Below are positions 7,620 to 14,855 of a DNA stretch of 24,000 bases, one piece after another (positions within the stretch are counted from its first letter, which is position 1; each line of letters starts with the position of its first letter). The stretch is from Moraxellaceae bacterium AER2_44_116 (GTDB taxonomy: Bacteria; Pseudomonadota; Gammaproteobacteria; Pseudomonadales; Moraxellaceae). The notes beneath the pieces are model-generated. The model saw only the letters and a list, made by a program, of their open reading frames with translations. It searched no databases and had not been told where the DNA came from. The stretch is taken from the NCBI GenBank assembly GCA_006546595.1, contig VIAD01000007.1:146853-170852 (forward strand), in the 5' to 3' direction. The position numbers were made by a program, and so were the translations under genes.

Positions 7620-8834
7620 AACTAGCTCTTTTACAGCAATAGACTCATCGACCAATCGGCTAGGCTCAATCACAATACCCTCTGTGATTATTTTTTTACT
7701 TAGCATAAATTCTTGTGGTCGGTTAATGCAGTCTGCTGCAATTAAACGCCCTTCTTTGAAATAAAAAGCAGCAAAACTACGACTGGCCAGTTTATCGCCA
7801 CGAATGACAACATGGTCATAACCTTGGCTTAAGCCAGCAATTTGTAATTTTAGATCGTATTGATCCGACCAAAACCACGGCAAGCTTTTGTATGCTTTCG
7901 TCAAGCCACACAGCGTAGCCGCCGCTGTTTTACCCTGCTCGCTCGCATTGGGAACGGATTCCAAACGCATTCTACGGCCATAAATCGCATTAAAGTGATT
8001 AGCACAGTCGCCCGCTGCAACAACATTGGAGTCGTTGGTACGGCAAAACTCATCAACAATAATACCATTATCGACTTCAATACCCTCCTCCTGAGCCAAT
8101 TCAACATTGGGTAATACACCTACGCCAATAATCACTAAATCCGCAGGAAACTCTACACCATTAGCACACAGCACTTTTTCTGCACGTCCGTCGCCAGTAA
8201 TTGCCTTAACTGAGATACCTGTATGAATTTTTACACCTTCTTCACGGTGAATACGGGTATAAAACTCAGATAGCTCAGGTGCGGTGACCCGTTGCAAAAT
8301 TCTGTCGGCCATTTCTAGCACTACCACATCCATACCCTGCTTTCTTAGTGCAGCCGCCGTTTCTAAGCCAATATAACCGCCACCAATAATCACCGCTCGT
8401 TTGTCTTTGGCAACATAGGGCTGAATGCCTGTCACATCGGCAATGTTTCGCAAATAATGAACGCCCGCTAGCTCTTCACCGACAATAGCTGCTTTTCTGA
8501 CGCGAGCGCCCATGCACAACGCGAGTTTGTCATAGGCAAGTTGCGTGCCGTCGTCGAGCGTGAGTATTTGTTGCACTCGATTGATAGCCGTCACCCGACC
8601 TTGCTTAAACTGGATGTTATTTTTTTCATAAAATGCCGCAGGACGAATCAGTAAATCATCAACAGTTTTTTCACCCGCCAAAAATGTTTTAGACAAAGGT
8701 GGGCGATGATAAGGCAGATAAGGCTCGTCACCGATGACCAAAATATCACCGTCCCAACCCTCCTGACGCAAGCTGGTTGTCAGTTGCGCCGCCGCATGAC
8801 TTGCACCAATAATAATGGCTATTTTGTTGGTCAT
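7617..8834 (-). CDS. FAD-dependent NAD(P)H:ferredoxin reductase (putidaredoxin-reductase type), redox partner of the P450
   Basis: 405 aa. Two dinucleotide-binding motifs (IAIIIGASHAAAQ and AVIIGGGYIGLETAA). PLSK motif near the N-terminus. AAGDCA motif. Last gene of the P450 operon. Confidence 0.9.
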   Translation of the reverse strand: MTNKIAIIIGASHAAAQLTTSLRQEGWDGDILVIGDEPYLPYHRPPLSKTFLAGEKTVDDLLIRPAAFYEKNNIQFKQGRVTAINRVQQILTLDDGTQLAYDKLALCMGARVRKAAIVGEELAGVHYLRNIADVTGIQPYVAKDKRAVIIGGGYIGLETAAALRKQGMDVVVLEMADRILQRVTAPELSEFYTRIHREEGVKIHTGISVKAITGDGRAEKVLCANGVEFPADLVIIGVGVLPNVELAQEEGIEVDNGIIVDEFCRTNDSNVVAAGDCANHFNAIYGRRMRLESVPNASEQGKTAAATLCGLTKAYKSLPWFWSDQYDLKLQIAGLSQGYDHVVIRGDKLASRSFAAFYFKEGRLIAADCINRPQEFMLSKKIITEGIVIEPSRLVDESIAVKELV

Positions 8835-8930
8835 AGGGAATTATCCTGTATCTTCTGAACTGAGCTGAAACACATTGATTGCATGTAACTCATGTTAAAT
8901 CCTGATGCTTTTTATTGGCTTACCTGACAT

Positions 8931-9710
8931 TCACTTAAATTCAAACTGAATATTATCATCAAGCCCATGAGTTTTAACGTAACGCTCTAGCCCCAGTATT
9001 GAGCTATAGGGTGCATTACGCATCATAAAATTGATAGCCCATGCAGGTAAATCTTCACCAGGGTTTACATAACCTTCTAAGTCAAGCTTGATTGATTCAT
9101 TACTGAGTGGTGTGATTTCAATTTTAAACGTAAATTCCTGCGCACGAATCACACCCCGTACTTTCGGAATATAGTCGGGTAATGCATTAAAACGAAGCAC
9201 CAATTTTCCTGTTTGTTTTGAATATGGCTCAATCACAGCACGCAATACCGTATCTCGATCTGGAAATGGTGTTGGCACATTCACCTTTAGATAAAAAAGA
9301 GACTCTCTTGAAGAAACTTTTTTGAGTAGTTTTGAATCCAAACACTCCCAAAACCATCGCTTCCAACTATCACCACCCACTAGCGCCATTGCTGTTTGTT
9401 CCATAGGCACTTTGATAGTGGCTTCTATCTTGAATGTACGGGTATGCTTGCCTTCTTCTTGTTTATACCATGCCTGAATGCCGCGTCGTTTATCATTTTT
9501 AGATTGTATCCAAATATCTTTTTGCCCTTTTTCTTGAAGATAATCCAGATCATTATCATCAGATGCTGCATTAGCAACTCCTACCCACAAAACAAGCATT
9601 AGCTTTAGAACAAGATGACAATAACGACGTTGGTAATCACCAAAAATGTCATAGAGAGACGTTTGCAGTGAGTGCTTACGTTCAAAACCGAGACACTGAA
9701 TCATGGACAT
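8931..9710 (-). CDS. START/SRPBCC-like lipid-binding domain protein with apparent N-terminal signal peptide
   Basis: The ORF-track start at 9752 is a TTG without an SD, so I prefer the first in-frame ATG at 9710 (or 9704). The stretch QRRYCHLVLKLMLVLWVGVANA|ASDD looks like a Sec signal. START-like signature seen by eye: PFPDRDTVLRAV ... VIRAQEFTFKIEITPL ... YVNPGEDLPAWAINFMM. Confidence 0.55.
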   Translation of the reverse strand: MSMIQCLGFERKHSLQTSLYDIFGDYQRRYCHLVLKLMLVLWVGVANAASDDNDLDYLQEKGQKDIWIQSKNDKRRGIQAWYKQEEGKHTRTFKIEATIKVPMEQTAMALVGGDSWKRWFWECLDSKLLKKVSSRESLFYLKVNVPTPFPDRDTVLRAVIEPYSKQTGKLVLRFNALPDYIPKVRGVIRAQEFTFKIEITPLSNESIKLDLEGYVNPGEDLPAWAINFMMRNAPYSSILGLERYVKTHGLDDNIQFEFK

Positions 9711-9751
9711 ACCCGTTAAATTGATAAAAAATTTCCCACATAAGGAATACA

Positions 9752-9789
9752 ACGCTACGTAACATTCGTTTATTTGGGTTACGCAGCGT
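9752..9789 (-). other. intercistronic hairpin between the P450 stop and the START-like gene
   Basis: ACGCTACGTAAC-N14-GTTACGCAGCGT. 12-nt arms with 1 mismatch. Confidence 0.4.
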
Positions 9790-9795
9790 GTACAT

Positions 9796-11253
9796 TTATG
9801 CTTTAGCGGTAAGTTTTACCATCATCTTGGCATAACCTCTAACAAAGTTAGACTGAACAATTTCAGGCTCGCTCAACACTTCGATGTTGTCAAAACGTGC
9901 TAACAACTCTTCCCACAAGATACGCAATTGCAATTCAGCTAAACGATTACCCATACAACGATGGACACCAAAGCCAAAGGACAAATGATTACGCGCACCT
10001 TTACGGTCAATAATAAAATCGTCAGGGTTTTCAATGGCGCGTTCGTCACGATTACCTGAGACATACCACATCACCACTTTATCGCCTTTTTTAATCAGTT
10101 GACCATTTAGCTCAACATCTTGTTTGGCAATACGGCGCATATAAGCTAACGGGGTTTGCCAACGAATAATCTCTGACACCATATTGGGAATGACACTTGG
10201 GTTCTTTTTAAGTTTAGTAAATTCATTGGGAAACAAATTCAACGCATAAACACCGCCAGACATGGAGTTACGCGTGGTGTCATTACCACCCACAATTAAC
10301 AAAGCCAGATTACCCATAAACTCCATCGGCTTTTTAATTAAGTCTTCGGTATCTTTAGAATAAACCAGCATACTCATCACATCGTAGCCCATTGGTACGC
10401 CTGCGGCTTTTTGCGCGGCTTTTTTATACCAAAGCTCGGAGAATTGTTTGGTCATCTCAAAAGCAGCGTTATAAAACTCATCATTGCTACTACCCGGCCC
10501 ACCTGTCGCTTGTGGACTGCCTGCAATAATGTCCGACCAATAAACCAACTGATGACGTTGTTCGTAAGGAAAATCAAATAATGTGGCTAACATGCGCGTC
10601 GTCAATTCAATAGATACGTTTTCTACCCAATCAAAAGGCTTATTGACAGGCAACGCGTCTAAAACTTCTTGGGTGCGAGAACGAATCAAGCCTTCTAACT
10701 CTTTTAAGTTTTTAGGGGCAACCACATCTTGCACCGCCTGACGCTGTTTATCATGCTTGGGTGGATCCATAGCAATAAACATTTCTGCGGGTAAACCTTC
10801 GGGTGTTTGACCAATAATAATCGCAGGTTCGGCAGAAAATAAGTCATGGTTTTTATCTACAAAAACAATATCTTCGTAACGAGTCACCGACCAAAACGCC
10901 CCAAATGGACTATTTTTTTGATAGTGAACAGGACACTCATCACGTAAGCGCTTAAAGTAGGGATTTACTTGATGTTGTCGATATAAAAACGGATTACTGA
11001 CATCAATGTCTTCTAGTTTTACGGTTGACACATCGGGAATTGGCTGTTCAATAAACTCCTCAAACGGTTTGGTTTGCAATACCTTATGTTTTACCGTTTG
11101 AAAAATCTGCACGCCTTTCACTAGCATAGGAATAGGCACATTCGCCGATACTTTTTCGACCACAAAGTTTGAAGCCTTTTCAATAGCAGGTACTTTTTCT
11201 AGCTCGGTAATAACCGAAGATGCTTTTTCAATAGCAGATGTTAAGAGGCTCAT
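9796..11253 (-). CDS. Cytochrome P450, CYP153 family (alkane omega-hydroxylase type)
   Basis: Heme loop FGFGVHRCMGNRLAE. I-helix LLIVGGNDTTRNS. Long stretches match CYP153A proteins as I recall them (DVSNPFLYRQ, YFKRLRDECPVHYQKNSPFGAFWSVTRYEDI, IPNMVSEIIRWQTPLAYMRRIAKQDVEL). The track start at 11286 is a TTG with no SD. ATG 11253 is preceded by GGTGA. Confidence 0.93.
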   Translation of the reverse strand: MSLLTSAIEKASSVITELEKVPAIEKASNFVVEKVSANVPIPMLVKGVQIFQTVKHKVLQTKPFEEFIEQPIPDVSTVKLEDIDVSNPFLYRQHQVNPYFKRLRDECPVHYQKNSPFGAFWSVTRYEDIVFVDKNHDLFSAEPAIIIGQTPEGLPAEMFIAMDPPKHDKQRQAVQDVVAPKNLKELEGLIRSRTQEVLDALPVNKPFDWVENVSIELTTRMLATLFDFPYEQRHQLVYWSDIIAGSPQATGGPGSSNDEFYNAAFEMTKQFSELWYKKAAQKAAGVPMGYDVMSMLVYSKDTEDLIKKPMEFMGNLALLIVGGNDTTRNSMSGGVYALNLFPNEFTKLKKNPSVIPNMVSEIIRWQTPLAYMRRIAKQDVELNGQLIKKGDKVVMWYVSGNRDERAIENPDDFIIDRKGARNHLSFGFGVHRCMGNRLAELQLRILWEELLARFDNIEVLSEPEIVQSNFVRGYAKMMVKLTAKA

Positions 11254-11330
11254 AATTTTCACCAAATCATCTAGACGTTTTTTCAATTACTTTTATCAAG
11301 TAACTGCTTGTTATATTGATGCTTTTTGCA

Positions 11331-11651
11331 TCACATTTGAAACTCTGGTAAATGCACGATCATGCCATTCATGGCATCTGATGCTTTAATTTGGCAAGAA
11401 AGACGGGATGTTGGTGTTTTTTCGGGGGTCATTTCGAGCATTTGTAACTCATCGGGATTGATGCTGCCCGCCGCTTTTATCCATTGGCTATCAACAATGA
11501 CATGACACGTTCCACAGGCGCACGCACCACCACAATCGGCATCAATACCTGGTACGCCATTATCCATCGCTATCTGCATCAAGGACTTGCCCACTTCAAG
11601 CTCAACCTGATGTTGTTTGCCATCATGCTCTACAAACGTAATATTGCCCAT
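11331..11651 (-). CDS. [2Fe-2S] ferredoxin, adrenodoxin/putidaredoxin type
   Basis: 106 aa. Cluster ligands CGGACACGTCH plus the downstream LSCQI. GGGAGA SD upstream. First gene of the P450 operon. Confidence 0.9.
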   Translation of the reverse strand: MGNITFVEHDGKQHQVELEVGKSLMQIAMDNGVPGIDADCGGACACGTCHVIVDSQWIKAAGSINPDELQMLEMTPEKTPTSRLSCQIKASDAMNGMIVHLPEFQM

Positions 11652-11751
11652 GAATCTATCTCCCGTGTTGAATTGAACACACTAATGACTTTTAGAAATA
11701 TCAGCGTGCAACTTAGTCATCTTAGAATAGGATGATACCAAGCGTTATGAC

Positions 11752-11780
11752 AGGTCATTTCTTGACAAATAGAGGTCATT
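11752..11780. promoter_or_regulatory. direct repeat AGGTCATT x2 at 21-bp spacing, candidate AraC-family binding site
   Basis: AGGTCATT at 11752..11759 and 11773..11780, exactly two helical turns apart. Located in the divergent region between the P450 operon and the AraC gene. Confidence 0.35.
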
Positions 11781-11816
11781 AAAAGACACTGATAGAATTT
11801 ACATGGAGCAATTAAG

Positions 11817-12893
11817 ATGTCTGACGCACATTATTTTGCCGAAGATATTGCCAATATCCCTTCCAATTACTCGCGTATTATTGGTCGTGAGCTAGGTTTA
11901 CAAATTCGAGACTTGCCTAAATTATTAAAATTTACCCAATTAAGCCCTGAGCAGTTTTTGCAAGAAGACATTTTGCTCACTACACGACAGCAAATTCAAA
12001 TCCTTAATAACGCGTTGCAACTGTCACCTCATCAAGATTTTGGTTTACGTTTAGGTCGTCACCTAACACCTGCTACACATGGCGCAATGGGCTTTTTGGT
12101 CAATAGCAGCCCTAATTTGATGATGGCGTTACAAGCATTTCAGAGTTTTGTGCCAACCAGAATGAGCTTTACGCGCTTAAATTTTCAAACTAAGCAAGAT
12201 TGGGTTGAATGTGAGATTAAGTTTGACGCGGTCTTAAATGCGGAAGTTTATCGCAGCCTATTAGAATGTTGTTTAATGGTCTTTGTCGCGTGTGCCGAGT
12301 TTATTATTGGTCGTCCCTTAACTGAGGCTCATATTGATTTTAGCTTCGCGAAGCCCAGCTATAGCCATGTGTATAGCGATTATTTTGCAGGGAGTTACCA
12401 ATTTTCAGCATCACATTCAAGCATCAAAATCCCTTTAGACATTTGTCATATTGTCAATGTCTCAGCAAACCATGAAAACTATGTTTTAGCGATGAAACAA
12501 TGTGAAATCATGTTGTCACAATTAAAATCACACAAATGTAGCACCACCTACCAATTACAAAAAATGATGCTATCGCAACCCTTAGGCACACTCAGCGAAG
12601 AAGATGCTGCGGCCGCACTCTTTATTAGCAAACGCACGCTTGCACGCCGTTTAGAAAAAGAAGGCAGTAGCTATACAGATATTCGTGAAAAATTGCTATC
12701 AGAACAAGCCAGTAGCTATTTGCGTGACAGTCAAATGTCGGTAGAAGCCATTGCCTTGCTACTAAACTACCATGACAGTGCTAATTTTCGCCGCGCTTTT
12801 AAACGTTGGCGAAATCTTTCTCCCACACAATACCGCGAGCAGTTTACCAAAGAGGCTTCGACTCCTCTCAGCCAGCATAAAAATGTACTCTGA
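11817..12893 (+). CDS. AraC/XylS-family transcriptional regulator (CYP153-operon regulator type)
   Basis: 358 aa. C-terminal double HTH (ALFISKRTLARRLEKEGSSYTDI ... LLLNYHDSANFRRAFKRWRNLSPTQYR). Divergent from the P450 operon. GGAG SD at 11805. Confidence 0.9.
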   Translation: MSDAHYFAEDIANIPSNYSRIIGRELGLQIRDLPKLLKFTQLSPEQFLQEDILLTTRQQIQILNNALQLSPHQDFGLRLGRHLTPATHGAMGFLVNSSPNLMMALQAFQSFVPTRMSFTRLNFQTKQDWVECEIKFDAVLNAEVYRSLLECCLMVFVACAEFIIGRPLTEAHIDFSFAKPSYSHVYSDYFAGSYQFSASHSSIKIPLDICHIVNVSANHENYVLAMKQCEIMLSQLKSHKCSTTYQLQKMMLSQPLGTLSEEDAAAALFISKRTLARRLEKEGSSYTDIREKLLSEQASSYLRDSQMSVEAIALLLNYHDSANFRRAFKRWRNLSPTQYREQFTKEASTPLSQHKNVL

Positions 12894-12905
12894 GCGGAGT
12901 CGAAT
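12856..12905. repeat. REP-like palindrome (16-nt arms, 18-nt loop), copy overlapping the 3' end of the AraC gene
   Basis: Arms CTTCGACTCCTCTCAG and CTGAGCGGAGTCGAAT around an 18-nt loop. Same family as the copies at 15295 and 20196. Confidence 0.8.
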
Positions 12906-13001
12906 GGCTAGATAAGTTAATACAACAGAATCTTGATAACGCATCATCATTTTTACCGCCACGCTTGCCATGCACACAAAATAAGCATATTTTAAATAGC
13001 A

Positions 13002-13033
13002 ATATTTCAATAATTGTTGAATAGTTGAAATAT
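13002..13033. promoter_or_regulatory. candidate ArsR operator overlapping the arsR start
   Basis: Perfect 9-bp arms ATATTTCAA-N14-TTGAAATAT. An inner TTCAA-N6-TTGAA lies within it. The right arm overlaps ATG 13032. Confidence 0.4.
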
Positions 13034-13403
13034 GAATTCTATTAACGCAGCCCTGATTTTTGAATGTCTTTCCTATAGCGTCAGACTCGACATATATCGC
13101 TTATTGGTTAAAAAAAGCATAGAAGGCATGGTCGCGGGCGAAATTGCCGCTACCCTCTCCATCCCTGCAAGCAATTTATCGTTTCACTTAAAAACACTGA
13201 CACAAGCAACATTACTTAACGTTGAGCAAGAAGGACGCTTTTTACGTTACAAAGCTAACTTAGCGTTAATGCTAGATGTCATCGCTTATTTAACCGAAGA
13301 ATGTTGTGCTAATCATCCTGAACATTGTGCCAATTTACGTTCGGCTTCAAATTGTCGCCCAGAGGTGCTACCACCGCTTGTTACCGACAGGGAAACACCA
13401 TGA
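13032..13403 (+). CDS. ArsR/SmtB-family metalloregulator
   Basis: 123 aa. Winged HTH RLDIYRLLVKK...VAGEIAATLSIPASNLSFHLKTL. C-terminal Cys triad EECCANHPEHC (C91, C92, C99). The stop overlaps the next start (ATGA 13400..13403). Confidence 0.85.
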   Translation: MNSINAALIFECLSYSVRLDIYRLLVKKSIEGMVAGEIAATLSIPASNLSFHLKTLTQATLLNVEQEGRFLRYKANLALMLDVIAYLTEECCANHPEHCANLRSASNCRPEVLPPLVTDRETP

Positions 13404-14473
13404 ACCACACCAACTCCTCCGACATTCGCCACTCATGGTTTGAAGCCTTGCAAAAGTGGCCAAAACAGCAGCCTCATATTTTTCTTGTTATTGCTGTTTG
13501 TGTTTGGTTTGCTTTATACCAAAGCCTTATACCGCTGGCCGAAATGATAGTGGCGTGGTTGCCTGTTGATAGAGCAAGTCATTTGGGTGGGGCATTGCAG
13601 TTCTTTTTTTTTGATACGCCTAAAGTGTTGTTATTACTGACAGGTATTGTTTTTGTCATGGGCATGGTCAACTCGTGGTTTACGCCTGAGCGGACTCGCG
13701 CTTTATTGGCTGGACGTAGTGAAGGCGTTGCCAATGTCATGGCGGCCTCACTCGGTATTGTCACGCCTTTTTGCTCGTGTTCAGCCGTGCCTTTATTTAT
13801 TGGTTTTGTGCAAGCAGGCGTGCCATTAGGTGTCACTTTTTCCTTTCTTATTTCTGCGCCCATGGTCAATGAAGTCGCATTGACGCTATTGCTGAGTATG
13901 TTTGGTTGGCAAGTCGCCTTGCTGTATTTAGGCTTAGGTTTGGCCGTGGCTATTGTCTCAGGCTGGATAATTGGTCGGTTAAAGATGGAGATGTATTTAG
14001 AAGATTGGGTACGCAATATGCCGCATGTTGACCCGAATTTGACGCTCGATAGTATTCCCCTCAGTGAGCGTATTGCTGCGGGCTTTGCCAGTGTTCGTGA
14101 AATTGTTGGCAAAGTATGGCCTTATATTTTGGCGGGCATTGCCATCGGTGCACTGATACACGGTTATGTACCTGCCGATTTTATGGCCTCAATCATGGGT
14201 AAAGAAGCATGGTGGGCGGTGCCTGCGGCCATTTTGATCGGCATACCAATGTACACCAATGCCGCAGGCGTGATTCCTATTGTTCAAGCATTATTAGCCA
14301 AAGGTGCTGCATTAGGCACAGTGTTGGCATTTATGATGAGTGTGATTGCCTTGTCACTTCCCGAAACTATTATTTTGCGTAAAGTGCTTAAACCACGTTT
14401 GATTATTACCTTTGTTTCGATTGTGGCAACAGGTATTTTAATTGTCGGTTATGTTTTTAACTGGGTGTTATAA
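13400..14473 (+). CDS. UPF0718 / ArsP-like polytopic permease
   Basis: The track ORF starts at 13325 inside arsR. ATG 13400 (MNHTNSS...) is coupled to the arsR stop, so I prefer it. About 8-10 hydrophobic helices. Carries the TPFCSCSAVP motif typical of this permease family. Confidence 0.8.
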   Translation: MNHTNSSDIRHSWFEALQKWPKQQPHIFLVIAVCVWFALYQSLIPLAEMIVAWLPVDRASHLGGALQFFFFDTPKVLLLLTGIVFVMGMVNSWFTPERTRALLAGRSEGVANVMAASLGIVTPFCSCSAVPLFIGFVQAGVPLGVTFSFLISAPMVNEVALTLLLSMFGWQVALLYLGLGLAVAIVSGWIIGRLKMEMYLEDWVRNMPHVDPNLTLDSIPLSERIAAGFASVREIVGKVWPYILAGIAIGALIHGYVPADFMASIMGKEAWWAVPAAILIGIPMYTNAAGVIPIVQALLAKGAALGTVLAFMMSVIALSLPETIILRKVLKPRLIITFVSIVATGILIVGYVFNWVL

Positions 14474-14485
14474 CCTCGGAGAGAG

Positions 14486-14725
14486 ATGATGAAAGAGATA
14501 AAAGTCTTAGGCACAGGTTGTGCTAATTGCAAAGCGACCATTACTTTAATTGAGCAGGTAGCTAGTGTTAAAGCCACTCCCATTAAGTTAGAAAAAGTCC
14601 AAGAAATGCAAGATATTATCAGTTACGGCGTGATGTCTACACCTGCTGTGGTAATTGATGGCAAAGTCGTTCATGCGGGTGGAGTGCCAAGCCGAGACAA
14701 AATTAATAGCTGGTTTAGCGTCTAA
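14486..14725 (+). CDS. small thioredoxin-fold protein (redox-active disulfide protein 2 type)
   Basis: 79 aa. N-terminal KVLGTGCANCK CxxC motif. GGAGAG SD upstream. Commonly paired with the preceding permease family. Confidence 0.8.
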   Translation: MMKEIKVLGTGCANCKATITLIEQVASVKATPIKLEKVQEMQDIISYGVMSTPAVVIDGKVVHAGGVPSRDKINSWFSV

Positions 14726-14736
14726 GTTGAACAAAT

Positions 14737-14835
14737 AGGACTTACGCATTTTGCCAAAATTAGCGCGTTTTGTGAGCATAAAGGCATTGAAAATGCCTGA
14801 AATGTGAACAAATAAGCGATAACCGCGTAAGTCCT
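14737..14835 (+). repeat. 99-nt three-stem palindromic element, copy A
   Basis: Terminal inverted repeat AGGACTTACGC...GCGTAAGTCCT. Inner hairpins ATTTTG-C-CAAAAT and GGCATT-GAA-AATGCC. 84/99 identical to copy B, in the same orientation. Confidence 0.85.
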
Positions 14836-14855
14836 AACAAAAAGAGAGTCCGCAC

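Noticed and set aside
8931-9752. A twin-arginine (Tat) signal in the START-like protein (QRRYCHLVLK), and the TTG start at 9752.
   Set aside because: The RR context matches the S/T-R-R-x-F-L-K consensus poorly. The TTG start has no SD and lies inside the intercistronic hairpin. I keep a Sec-type signal with an ATG start as the working model.
13325-13399. A 5' extension of the permease ORF that overlaps arsR by 79 nt.
   Set aside because: ATG 13400 forms an ATGA overlap with the arsR stop and begins a sensible N-terminus. The extension is an out-of-frame read-through of arsR coding sequence.
13579-14112. A 177-aa antisense ORF. Similar shadow ORFs occur at 410-616, 743-967, 864-1094, 2754-2954, 2959-3249, 3788-3973, 3912-4169, 4048-4260, 4317-4532, 7860-8114, 7901-8119, 9396-9602, 11484-11735, 12762-13010, 13647-13829, 14588-14779, 15853-16191, 17512-17724, 19111-19503, 20355-20537, 22259-22531, 23333-23575 and 23390-23695.
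   Set aside because: Most lie largely or entirely within, or antisense to, longer ORFs that carry clear family motifs. The rest (3788-3973, 11484-11735, 12762-13010, 14588-14779, 17512-17724) extend from a gene end into intergenic sequence. Their translations are low-complexity or lack motifs.
14737-14835. The 99-nt element as an integron attC site or gene-cassette boundary.
   Set aside because: The termini lack the RYYYAAC/GTTRRRY core sites. No integrase is present. The neighbouring genes are ordinary operon members in both orientations, not promoterless cassettes.
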